This document shows, piece by piece, positions 48,304 through 57,737 of a DNA stretch of 64,000 bases (position 1 is its first letter; every line of letters begins with the position of its first letter). The notes under the pieces are model-generated. The model was not told the DNA's origin. It saw only the letters and a list, made by a program, of their open reading frames with translations, and made no database searches. The DNA is from Armatimonadota bacterium (GTDB taxonomy: Bacteria; Armatimonadota; SYMT01): assembly GCA_041690135.1 (NCBI GenBank), contig JAWLHY010000015.1:1-64000 (forward strand), in the 5' to 3' direction. Position numbers and translations under genes: made by a program.

Positions 48304-49352
48304 ATGATGACGGACGAAGCACAGATTTCCCGGCGCGGACTGCTGGCCGGTTTGGGAGCGGCGGCTATGACGGAGATGGCGGGAGCAACCCAGTCGGCCC
48401 ATGCCGGCGACGGAAAGCCTCGGGCGGTGCGCGGCGATTCCTACCGTAAAAAGCTGCTGCAGTGCCTGGGTGGGGAGTGGCCGGAAGGCGGCCCGCTGCA
48501 GCCGATCGTGGAGAAGACGGAACAGAAGGACGGCTACCGCCTGGAGCGGATCACCTACCTGGTGGAGCCGCACGAGCGCATCGCTGCCTACTTGCGGTCC
48601 CGGACAGCGCTTCGAAGGGCCGGCCCGCACCGGGTATCTGCCTCTGGCACCAGCATAACGGTGCGTACGATATCGGCATGGCCGAGCCTGCCGGCCTGAA
48701 GCTGGGGCCGATGCACCACACCGGCGTGGCCCTCGCCCGCGAGGGGTACGTGGTCCTCTGCCCCGACGCCGCCGGCTTCGGCGAACGCAACCGGAAGGGG
48801 AAGCTGAACGGTCGCAACCTGGAGCACTACCTCTTCGCCATGTACGTGGCGGAAGGGAAGTGCCTGGCCTGGAAGAACATCCTCGACATGCGCCGTGCGG
48901 TCGATTACATCTCCAGCCGGCCGGAGGTTGACGCGAACCGCCTGGGCTGCTACGGGCACTCTATGGGTTCGACGCATACCTGGCTCGTTGGTCCCTGGGA
49001 GTCGCGGCTGAAGGCGCTGGTCGGCAACTGCTGCATGCCGACCTACGCCGCGATGGAGCGCACCGACCTCATCCACTGCTTCCCGAACTACATCCCCGGC
49101 TGGCGCCGGCACGGCGACATCCCCGACATCGCCGGCATGATCGCCCCGCGCGCCCTGCACCTCAACTTCGGCGAGACCGACGGCGGCAGCCCCATCGAAG
49201 AGGTGAAGACCGGTGTGGAGATCATCCGCCGTGCCTACGAGGCCAAGAAAGCGGGAGACCGCTTCACTTACTACATCGAACCCGGCTCCGGCCATATCCT
49301 CAGCGACGAGATGCTCCGGCGGGTCAAGGCGCACTTCGCTACTCACTTGTGA
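48304..49352 (+). pseudogene. Tat-exported dienelactone-hydrolase-like gene with a one-base frameshift near 48595 (pseudogene or sequencing error)
   Basis: Frame 1: SRRGLL...HERIAAYL. Other frame continues VPD...HQH, PDA.GFGER, GHSMG, IAPR, GH. Confidence 0.8.
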
Positions 49353-49784
49353 TTTCCGACCAATTCAACCGCAGAGACGCTGAGGACGCTGAGGTGACGC
49401 AGAGAGGGGGAGAGGGGGAAAGCGACTAACCCAATCCAGAAGTTCAACTGCAATGGACGCCCCGGCAACTGCGCGAAGCGGCAGATGGAGCGGTAGTCTT
49501 TCATGCTCATTTCCGCCAAGCGGCACATGTAGGGGCAGCCGCCGTGCTTGCCCTCGGCCTGTGGCTGATGAGCGCTTGCAAAAACGCACTTGCTGTGTGT
49601 ACGAACCCCGTTAGACCACACCCGTCCTCCCCTGAATACGGTGCCGGTTTCGGATGGCGTTCGGCGCTCAGCAAGCGCGGAAGATTCGCACCAGCCGTAC
49701 CGATGGGATTGGAGATTTCGCACGCTTACGGCCACGCGGATGCCGACGGACCCCGACTTGGACCGGATGATGGGAGATACCAGG

Positions 49785-50963
49785 ATGCAAAAGCTTTCCA
49801 ACAAACGGACCATACCGCTCAGCGCGGCTCTAGCGGGGATGGCCGCATTGGCCGCCGCGAGTGTGAGCACATCCACCCCCGCCCACACGGCCGAGGGGCG
49901 GCAGCCGCTGGTGCTCATCTCGTCCTTCGCGCCCGGGAAGGATGGGGCGATCCAGGCTTACCGGCTGGACCCGGAGAACGGCAAGCTGACTCCGACCCAC
50001 CGTAATTCCGGGATCCCGCACCCCTTCTATCTCGCCGTCACTCCGGATCGCCGCTACCTCTACTCCATCCAGGCGGAGAAGTTCGGCGCCAGCGAGAATG
50101 AGCACGTCGCCGCCTACACCCTCGACCGACAAACGGGCGCGCTCCGGTTCCTGAACCGGCAGTCGTCCCGGGGAACCGCTTCGTGTTACCTGGAGGTGGA
50201 CGCCACGGGGAAAACCGTCCTCGTCGCCAACTACTCCACCGGCAGCGTGGCCTCGTTGCCGATCCGGAAGGACGGTACCCTGGGCGAGGCGGCCAGCTTC
50301 GTCCAGCACGCTGGCTCCAGCGTCGACCCGGCCCGCCAAACCGGTCCGCACGCGCACAGCTTCGTCATCAGCCCCAACAACCGGCACGCCTTTGCCGCCG
50401 ACCTGGGCCTGGACCAGCTCCTCAGCTACCGCCTCGAGCCCGCCACGGCAAAGCTCACCCCCAACCGGCAGCCGTTCGTGCGCACCCCTCCCGGCGCGGG
50501 TCCCCGACACCTCACGTTCCACCCGAACGGACGGCACCTCTACGCCATCAATGAGCTGGCCAACTCCGTGACGCTGTTCGATTACGACCCAAAGACCGGC
50601 ACCCTGGTCGAACGCCAGACCCTCTCCACCTTGCCGAAGGAGTTCACCGGCAAGAGCTACTGCGCCGACCTGAAGATTACCCCGGACGGAAAGTACCTGT
50701 ATGGGACTAACCGCGGCCACGACAGCATCGCCGCGTACCGCCTGGCCCAGGACGGCCGCCTGGCATTGATCGACATCTACCCCAGCCTGGGAAAAGGGCC
50801 GCAGAACCTGCTCATCACCGCCGGGGGCCGGCTGCTCCTCTGCGCCAACATGCCCGGCAACAACGTCGCCGTCTTCCGTATCGATCCGGCCACGGGAGCC
50901 CTCACCTCCACCGGCACGCCGACGGAGATCCGCAGCCCCTCATGCATCCGCACCCTGGAGTGA
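49785..50963 (+). CDS. pgl: lactonase family beta-propeller (6-phosphogluconolactonase-like), secreted
   Basis: VANY..G, Q.GPHAH, ADLGLD, GAGPRH..FHP, NEL, NRGHDSI. Confidence 0.88.
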   Translation: MQKLSNKRTIPLSAALAGMAALAAASVSTSTPAHTAEGRQPLVLISSFAPGKDGAIQAYRLDPENGKLTPTHRNSGIPHPFYLAVTPDRRYLYSIQAEKFGASENEHVAAYTLDRQTGALRFLNRQSSRGTASCYLEVDATGKTVLVANYSTGSVASLPIRKDGTLGEAASFVQHAGSSVDPARQTGPHAHSFVISPNNRHAFAADLGLDQLLSYRLEPATAKLTPNRQPFVRTPPGAGPRHLTFHPNGRHLYAINELANSVTLFDYDPKTGTLVERQTLSTLPKEFTGKSYCADLKITPDGKYLYGTNRGHDSIAAYRLAQDGRLALIDIYPSLGKGPQNLLITAGGRLLLCANMPGNNVAVFRIDPATGALTSTGTPTEIRSPSCIRTLE

Positions 50964-51003
50964 TTGGGGGCTCTCACCACGGAGACAAGGGATACGCGTC
51001 ACC

Positions 51004-51507
51004 ATGCTTGAAGTGCAGATTTGCAATGACCATGAAGACATCATCAAGCAGATCTATGATGCATCTGGTGTCGCGACTTTGCCGCCGGAAAGCCCCATCG
51101 TCGTGAGGTGGGCTTTACGCGGCTTTTACGGGAATGACACCGAGAGTGGACTATTAGGCCAGCGATGGAATGATCTCGATGTCTTCACGCTACGCTCATA
51201 TGGGGAAGGTCTTAGGTTGTTCACTCCACGAGCTTGGCATTATTACTTACCAGCATATCTGATAGGTTCGTTGGACGAGAATGCAGACGTACTAGAAGAC
51301 CAAGTACTAAGAACTCTAGATCCATATTACAATGAAATTTCATCTGATGTCGCACTGCCAGCTCGCCTACCGAAGTTAAGCGAAGAGGAAAAGGTAGCCG
51401 TGCTAAACTATTTGCGGCATCTTTGGGACAAACACCGGGATAATTATCACGAAGAATGGCTTCGCTCTGTCTTGGATTTCTGGGAGCTACAGGTGAGGAC
51501 CGGGTAA
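51004..51507 (+). CDS. AT-richer orphan protein, DUF6714-like
   Basis: LFTP.AW.YYLPAYL..SL motif; composition visibly more AT-rich than flanks. Confidence 0.7.
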   Translation: MLEVQICNDHEDIIKQIYDASGVATLPPESPIVVRWALRGFYGNDTESGLLGQRWNDLDVFTLRSYGEGLRLFTPRAWHYYLPAYLIGSLDENADVLEDQVLRTLDPYYNEISSDVALPARLPKLSEEEKVAVLNYLRHLWDKHRDNYHEEWLRSVLDFWELQVRTG

Positions 51508-51620
51508 GGTTCGAAGTGCTGGGCATTGACCCCGACACCCGTCGCTTCCAGGGCCGGCTATTGACGAAGATTCCGTAGCGTCGACCCAATCCAGTGTCGC
51601 GGCATTCGGCCGCCTCAGGT

Positions 51621-51660
51621 GAAAAAGGGCGAGGTGGCATTGCCCTCCTCGCCCTTTTTC
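51621..51660. terminator. bidirectional intrinsic terminator
   Basis: GAAAAAGGGCGAGG...CCTCGCCCTTTTTC between convergent genes. Confidence 0.88.
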
Positions 51661-51694
51661 AACCCTTTCGGTAGACTCTTGCAGATCTACCGGG

Positions 51695-51913
51695 CTAGTG
51701 TCCCTGCGGCGGCGCACTGCTGCCGCTTGGCGGCGCGCTGCCGCCACTTGGCGGTGCACTCATCCCGGACGCCGGCATTCCTGGCGGGCCCTGCGGGGGC
51801 TGGCTCTCAACTTTCACATCGTTAGTAGCGGGTGTTCCGCAACCGCCGATCGCCGCTGCACACCCGATCACACACACGGGCAAAACTCCCGCAAAGAACT
51901 TTCGCCGGTTCAT
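51695..51913 (-). CDS. small Pro/Gly/Ser-rich lipoprotein
   Basis: MNRRKFF signal, GGC lipobox-like, SAPP repeated three times. Confidence 0.65.
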   Translation of the reverse strand: MNRRKFFAGVLPVCVIGCAAAIGGCGTPATNDVKVESQPPQGPPGMPASGMSAPPSGGSAPPSGSSAPPQGH

Positions 51914-51940
51914 TTTTGCTTGTGACCTTAGCATATCCGT

Positions 51941-52654
51941 TTAGTCGCCTCCCTTGATCGTCCAGTCGCCCGGCTTGGAGTTCTTCACCCACTTCACGTG
52001 CCCGTCCGCAAACGCGGCATTGAACCCGTCGTTGTGGCGCTTCTGGTTGAAAGGATTGGGATCGCACCCCGACAGACCGGCATTGATGCATGCGTCGGTT
52101 GTGGCATAGTTCCAGATCTCACCCGCCCGCGAATCGACGAGTTGGATCGTCCCGGAGACATCCTCGATCACCGCCATCGAACGCGGCTGGCACGGTCCCC
52201 CTGCACAGTTGATCATGGGTGAGCCGGAAAGATTCCAGGGCGCCACCGGCCAGTTGTGAACCACACCCGCCTTGTAGTCCGAAACCAGGGGATTAGGCCC
52301 GGTAAGGGGCCGGCGATAATTGTACGCAACGTGAGGACTTGCACTTGGGCACAGGAATGCATTCCAGTTCTTGATGTACGGCTGGATGTCGTCTTCCCAC
52401 CACCACAACTGAGCCTGGCCGGTCTCGTAGTGGTAGTTGAAAGGCAGATTCTCGTCATAATCCTGGACGTACATCTGAATGCCGGTGATCAACTGCTTGA
52501 GGTTCGACTTGCATGATGTGGCGCGAGCAGCTTCCCGCGCGCGCGCAAAAACCGGGAAAAGGATCGCTGCCAAAATTGCAATGATGGCTATAACGACGAG
52601 CAACTCGATCAGGGTGAAGCCGCGTCGCCGACTGGGTAGGGAACTGGTCCTCAC
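51941..52654 (-). CDS. prepilin-type N-terminal/DUF1559/H-X9-DG protein
   Basis: [48 protein letters not shown]; AAGGAGG before GTG. Confidence 0.93.
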   Translation of the reverse strand: MRTSSLPSRRRGFTLIELLVVIAIIAILAAILFPVFARAREAARATSCKSNLKQLITGIQMYVQDYDENLPFNYHYETGQAQLWWWEDDIQPYIKNWNAFLCPSASPHVAYNYRRPLTGPNPLVSDYKAGVVHNWPVAPWNLSGSPMINCAGGPCQPRSMAVIEDVSGTIQLVDSRAGEIWNYATTDACINAGLSGCDPNPFNQKRHNDGFNAAFADGHVKWVKNSKPGDWTIKGGD

Positions 52655-52789
52655 GAAGACCTCCTTCATTAGCATCGATAGGCGTGGCATGCCAGCACAG
52701 GGCGCAGGCGCAGTGCTCTACCGCGCCGATTGTGAGACCGATTTCGTCACGAGCGCCGAACTCTCCTTCACCAATCGAGAAAGCCTCTC

Positions 52790-54232
52790 TCAGGCGAGGA
52801 TTTCACGGACGACCCGGGCGGGTTCGACGCCGGTGAGGCGGAAGTCGAGTCCCTGGTGGCGGTGGGTGAGCCGCTCGTGGTGGATGCCGAGCAGGTGGAG
52901 CACCGTGGCGTGCAGGTCGCGGACGTGGACCGGGTTCTCGGCCACGTTGTAGCTGAAGTCGTCCGTGGCGCCATAGGTGGTGCCGGCCTTCACGCCGCCG
53001 CCCGCCAGCCACATGGTGAAGCACCGGGGATGGTGGTCGCGGCCGGCCTCGGGGCTGTCCCACTTGCCCTGGCCCGCCACACCGCGGCCGAACTCGCCGC
53101 CCCAGATCACCAGCGTGTCGTCCAGCAGGCCCCGCTGCTTCAGATCCTGGATCAGCGCGGCAGTCGGCTGGTCGGTATCGCGGCACCGGGCCACGCACCA
53201 GGAGGGGAGGCGGCTGTGATGATCCCAGTCCGGGTGGAAGAGCTGGATGAACCGCACGCCGCGCTCCACCAGCCGCCGGGCGAGGATGCAGTTAGCGGCG
53301 TAGGTGCCCGGCCGGCGGGAGTCGGGACCGTACAGCTCGAAGACCGACTCCGGCTCCCGGCTCAAGTCCGTCAGGTCGGGGATGCTCGCCTGCATGCGGT
53401 AGGCCATCTCGTACTGCCGAATGCGGGTGGAAATCTCGGGATCGCCGGTCTCCGTCAATCGGAGCCGGTTCAGATCGCCCAGGCCGTCCAGCATCCCCCG
53501 GCGCAGTTCTCGCGGCAAACCGTCCGGATCGCGGAGGTAGAGGACCGGGTCCTTCGCGTTCCGCAGCTTCACACCCTGGTAGCGGGAGGGAAGAAAGCCG
53601 CTGCCCCAGTAGTGATCGTAGAGCGGCTGGTCGCTGGGGCGCTGCATCCGGGAGATCATCACCAGGAAGTCCGGAAGGTTCCGGTTCTCACTGCCGAGAC
53701 CGTAGCTCACCCAGGCCCCCATGCTCGGCCGGCCGGGGATCTGGTGGCCGGTGAGGAACTGCGTCATCGCGGGGGCATGGTTGATCTGGTCCGTGTGCAT
53801 GGACTTGATGAAGCAGAGCTCATCGGCGACTTTTGCCAGGTGGGGCAGCCATTCGCCGATCGTGGCCCCGCTCCGGCCGCAGCGCTGGAACTGCACCCGC
53901 GCCGGCATCACCAGCTGCTTCTGGTTGGCGGTCATCGTGGTGAGTCGCTGACCCTGGCGCACCGACTCCGGCAGCTCTTCCCCGGCCCACTTCTCCAGTC
54001 CGGGCTTGTGGTCGAACAGCTCGAGCTGCGACGGACCGCCGGACTGGGTGAGGAAGATGACCGACCGCACGCGCGCGGGGAAGTGAGGCCGGGTCGCGGC
54101 TGCCGAACCGGAGTCTGCATCCGCCCGCTCGACGAGGTGGGAGAGGGCCGCCGCGCCGAGCGCGATCCCGGCGCCCTGGCCCAGGAAGTAACGCCGCGTG
54201 ATGCCCAGGGCTTCGTCGTGCCGGTCATTCAT
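52790..54232 (-). CDS. DUF1501 domain protein (sulfatase-like), Tat signal
   Basis: TRRYFL; GGPSQLELFD.KP, GRPSMGAWVSYGLG, ARRLVERGVRF, GGEFGR, GRDH. Confidence 0.93.
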   Translation of the reverse strand: MNDRHDEALGITRRYFLGQGAGIALGAAALSHLVERADADSGSAAATRPHFPARVRSVIFLTQSGGPSQLELFDHKPGLEKWAGEELPESVRQGQRLTTMTANQKQLVMPARVQFQRCGRSGATIGEWLPHLAKVADELCFIKSMHTDQINHAPAMTQFLTGHQIPGRPSMGAWVSYGLGSENRNLPDFLVMISRMQRPSDQPLYDHYWGSGFLPSRYQGVKLRNAKDPVLYLRDPDGLPRELRRGMLDGLGDLNRLRLTETGDPEISTRIRQYEMAYRMQASIPDLTDLSREPESVFELYGPDSRRPGTYAANCILARRLVERGVRFIQLFHPDWDHHSRLPSWCVARCRDTDQPTAALIQDLKQRGLLDDTLVIWGGEFGRGVAGQGKWDSPEAGRDHHPRCFTMWLAGGGVKAGTTYGATDDFSYNVAENPVHVRDLHATVLHLLGIHHERLTHRHQGLDFRLTGVEPARVVREILA

Positions 54233-57200
54233 GGGTGATCGCCTCGTCCAGGTTTAGGACCATACTCGCTACCAGGGTGTAAGCCGCCGCTTCGGCCAAG
54301 TCCAGCCGCGCGGGCACCTTGCCCTGCCCGAATGCCAGGAACCGCGCCGCCTCTCCGGGTTCGGCCCGGTAGTACGCCAGGGCGCGGGTCAGCTCCCGGT
54401 CCAGGATCTTCAACTCTGGTTCGGAAGGGGCACGCGCCACCACGCGGCGGAACAGCTCCCCGAGCCGGCCGGAGCGGGTGGGGGAGGCGCGCAGGACCCC
54501 GGCCGCCAGGGCACGCGAGGCTTCCAGGTAGGTCGTGTCGTTCAGCAGGGTCAGCGCCTGCAGCGGGGTATTGGTCCGGTACTGCCGGACCTCGCATACC
54601 CGGCGCTGGGCGGAGTCGAAGAGGAACGTGGGCGCGACGGACCGTCGCCAGAAGGCATACAGGGTGCGCCGGTATTGGGCGGGACCCTGGCTCGGCTCGT
54701 AGCGGAAGCGCCCCATGAAGATCTCTTCCCACACGCCCTCCGGTTGGTAAGGCCGCACCGGCGGACCGCCGAGCGCCGGGTTGAGCAGGCCCGCGTGCCG
54801 CAGCGCCGCGTCCCGCAGCATCCAGGCCGGCAGCCGGAACCGGGTGCCGCGAGCCAGCAGCCGGTTCTCCGGGTCGCGCCGAAGCAATTCCGGAGTCACC
54901 TTCGAGCTCTGCCGGTAGGTCTCGCTGGTAACGATGAGGCGGACCAGAGATTTGATACTCCAGCCCAGGCCAACGGCGGGGCCAGGGGTTGGGGGCTGGG
55001 GGCCGGTCCGGAAGGATGAAGGATGAAGGATGAAGGATGATCCCGAGCCCTGAGACCCGACAGTAGCTGGGGTTCGCTGCTTTCGGCTCCCCCCGCCACC
55101 CAGCGGGTACCCGGCCTTCTCCCTTGCGCCCTTGCGTGCGGCCGAGCCGTACCCTTCCTGCTCAACAGGCACCCCTGCCCCCCGGCCCCCGGCCGCCAGC
55201 CCCTGACCTCTGGCCCCCGGCCCCCGATCCCCAACCCCGTCCGCAAAGCGGACTGCCAGATAATCCAATAGCTCGGGGTGCGTGGGTCGTTCGCCCTGGA
55301 GGCCGAAGTCGTCGGGGGTGCGGACGAGGCCCGCGCCGAAGAGCATCTGCCAAACGTGGTTAGCCGTTACACGGGCGGTCAGCGGGTTGTCGGGGGAGAC
55401 CAGCCACTTCGCCAGCCCGAGACGGTTCTTTGCCTCACCGGCGGGCCAGGGTGCGATCGCCGCGGGGACGCCTCGCTGGACCTGCTCTCCCTTCTTGTCC
55501 CACACACCGCGAACCAGGAGATGGGTGTCGCGCGGCTGGGGTCGCTCGGCGAGGACCATCACGTTCACCGCCTCGGCGCCCTTCTTCACCTCCGCAAGCT
55601 GCCGCTCCGCCCGGTCGAGGGCAGCCTTCGCGATAACGTAGCCGGGGACGTCGGTGAGGTACTGCTCGAACAGGCGGCGGCGCAGGTCTGGTGGGATCCG
55701 GTCCGGTCCCGCGTCTCCCAGGGCCGCCAATTCCTCCAGCGGCGCGGGTCCGAGGCGGCGAACTGTCTCCCCGGGCTGGTCGGTGACGGAGACTCGAAAC
55801 CGGCCGAGGCTGGCGTCACCGAGAGTGGAGCGGTGCCGCAGCTCCACGATCAGTTCCTCGTCGGGAGCCAAGACCAACGGCTCCGCCAGCGCGTACACGG
55901 CGGTGTGCGGGCCGCCCGGGCCGCCGCGCGTGCTCCAGCCGTTGCGGGGGTCGTCATCCAGGGTATCCCCCACCTGACCGTAGCCGCCGTTCTTTGCCTT
56001 GTCCGCCGAGAAGGAGGCGATGGCGCCCGCCATGACCAGGTCGCGCAGTTGGACGCTGCCGCGGCGGCGGACCTGTACCTTGATATCCGTGAGGATGAAC
56101 TCGCCGCTCTTTCCGCGCGAGTACCGGCCATTCGGCAGCGGCAAGACTTCCAGCCGGAGACCGGTCACTCGCCGCAGGGCGACGGGGGCCACGATGCGGT
56201 AATCGTCCTGGCGCGGATTCGGGCCGCCAGCCTGGACCGTGCCGTCCGCCTCCTGTGCCAGATGGGTGCCTTCCACGCTCCGGATCTCGCTCGCGCGGAG
56301 CGGTCGCCACGCCTGGAAGCCGCCGCGGACCTCCTTCCGACGCGCCTCCAGCCAGGTAGCAAACGGGGCTTCCGCCTCGTGCCGAGCTTCGGCTTCCTCC
56401 CGTTTCCGCGCCTCGACCAACTGCTGCGCCTCGGTGACCGCGCGGCCGGCGTACGGGGACCGGTACGAGAGGTACGGCTTCGCGGCGCGTCCCGCTCTCC
56501 CGTCCTCATCGATGCTGTTGAAGAACGAGAAAAGGCCGTAATACTCGGCCTGGGAGAGCGGATCGTACTTGTGCGTGTGGCACTGGGCGCAGCCCACGGT
56601 CAGCCCGAGCCACACCGTGCCGACTGTGTTGGTCCGGTCGATCACGTAGTCGATGCGAGACTCCTCGGGGTCGCGGCCACCCTCGCCGTTGGTCATGTGG
56701 TTCCGGTGAAAGCAAGTGGCCAGCTTCTGCTCCGGCGTGGCCCCGGGTAGGAGATCTCCGGCGAACTGCTCCAGCGTGAACCGGCTGAACGGCATATCCC
56801 GGTTGAAGGCATCCACCACCCAGTCCCGCCACGGCCAGTTGGTCCGCGTTTCGTCCGATTGGTAGCCGTCCGTGTCGGAATAGCGCGCCAGGTCCAGCCA
56901 CCACATCGCCATCCGCTCGCCGAAATGCGGAGAGGCCAGGAGGCGGTCGACCACCTTTTCGTAGGCGCCCGGGGAGCGGTCGGTGAGGAACTCCCGCACT
57001 TCCTGCGGGGTGGGAGGGAGGCCGGTCAGGTCAAACGTCACGCGGCGGATCAAAGTCTCCCGCGCGGCCGGCGGCGCGGGCTTGAGGCCATCCTGGATCA
57101 GCCGCTGCCGGACAAGGGCATCGATCGGGTGCCGGGCTCCGGCCGGTACCGGAGGCAGGATCGGCTTCTCAAAAGCCCAGTGTTTGCCCCACGGAGCTCC

Positions 57201-57593
57201 CGCGACGATCCAGCGCCGCAGCACGTCCACCTGCTGCGGGGAGAGCCGGGGCCGGTGGGAGTCGGGCGGCGGCATCCGCTCCGCCTCGCCCGCCATGATC
57301 CGCCGCAACAGTTCGCTTTTCTCCGGATGCCCCGGCACGATGGCGGGACTGCCGGAGTCCGCGGGCCGGAGCGCATCCTCCCGGCGATCCAGCCGCAGGC
57401 CGCCCTTAGCCTGTTCCGCATCCGGACCGTGGCAGGCGAAGCAGTTATCCGAAAGGATCGGTAGGATGTCCCGGCCAAAGTTGGGCACCGGTGGCGAGGG
57501 GGCTCCCCACAACTGCAGCGGCACGCCCGCCACCAGGGCCCCCAGAACGCCCCAACCCAGTACTGCCTGCTTCACGCGCCCATCCCTCATCAT
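54225..57593 (-). CDS. planctomycete cytochrome c / DUF1549 / DUF1553 (PSD1) protein with an in-frame ~89-aa insertion
   Basis: CFACHG, LIRR...DLTGLPP, W.D.ARY.D, CAQCH.HKYDP, NPLTARV, HPELLD, NTPLQAL. Confidence 0.94.
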   Translation of the reverse strand: MMRDGRVKQAVLGWGVLGALVAGVPLQLWGAPSPPVPNFGRDILPILSDNCFACHGPDAEQAKGGLRLDRREDALRPADSGSPAIVPGHPEKSELLRRIMAGEAERMPPPDSHRPRLSPQQVDVLRRWIVAGAPWGKHWAFEKPILPPVPAGARHPIDALVRQRLIQDGLKPAPPAARETLIRRVTFDLTGLPPTPQEVREFLTDRSPGAYEKVVDRLLASPHFGERMAMWWLDLARYSDTDGYQSDETRTNWPWRDWVVDAFNRDMPFSRFTLEQFAGDLLPGATPEQKLATCFHRNHMTNGEGGRDPEESRIDYVIDRTNTVGTVWLGLTVGCAQCHTHKYDPLSQAEYYGLFSFFNSIDEDGRAGRAAKPYLSYRSPYAGRAVTEAQQLVEARKREEAEARHEAEAPFATWLEARRKEVRGGFQAWRPLRASEIRSVEGTHLAQEADGTVQAGGPNPRQDDYRIVAPVALRRVTGLRLEVLPLPNGRYSRGKSGEFILTDIKVQVRRRGSVQLRDLVMAGAIASFSADKAKNGGYGQVGDTLDDDPRNGWSTRGGPGGPHTAVYALAEPLVLAPDEELIVELRHRSTLGDASLGRFRVSVTDQPGETVRRLGPAPLEELAALGDAGPDRIPPDLRRRLFEQYLTDVPGYVIAKAALDRAERQLAEVKKGAEAVNVMVLAERPQPRDTHLLVRGVWDKKGEQVQRGVPAAIAPWPAGEAKNRLGLAKWLVSPDNPLTARVTANHVWQMLFGAGLVRTPDDFGLQGERPTHPELLDYLAVRFADGVGDRGPGARGQGLAAGGRGAGVPVEQEGYGSAARKGAREKAGYPLGGGGSRKQRTPATVGSQGSGSSFILHPSSFRTGPQPPTPGPAVGLGWSIKSLVRLIVTSETYRQSSKVTPELLRRDPENRLLARGTRFRLPAWMLRDAALRHAGLLNPALGGPPVRPYQPEGVWEEIFMGRFRYEPSQGPAQYRRTLYAFWRRSVAPTFLFDSAQRRVCEVRQYRTNTPLQALTLLNDTTYLEASRALAAGVLRASPTRSGRLGELFRRVVARAPSEPELKILDRELTRALAYYRAEPGEAARFLAFGQGKVPARLDLAEAAAYTLVASMVLNLDEAITHE
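54972..55238. repeat. microsatellite-rich insertion with inverted heptamer ends inside the CDS
   Basis: GGGGTTGGGGGCTGGGGGCCGG at left and CCGGCCCCCGATCCCCAACCCC at right; internal (GAAGGAT)4. Boundaries approximate. Confidence 0.8.
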
Positions 57594-57737
57594 CACACCG
57601 GCGGTTGACCACCTACCTCGGATTGCCCGCCGCTGCCAGATTCTCTTAGGTCGCCCGCAATCCCTTTGTACCCAGCGACCCTCTCGGAATCCGGGGGCGC
57701 CAGCACGCACCGTCTCGCAGCCGATTCGCGCATTGTG

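Noticed and set aside
54972-55238. Intein or self-splicing intron in DUF1553
   Set aside because: No C/S...HN-C/S/T intein ends and no group I/II consensus; composed of simple repeats.
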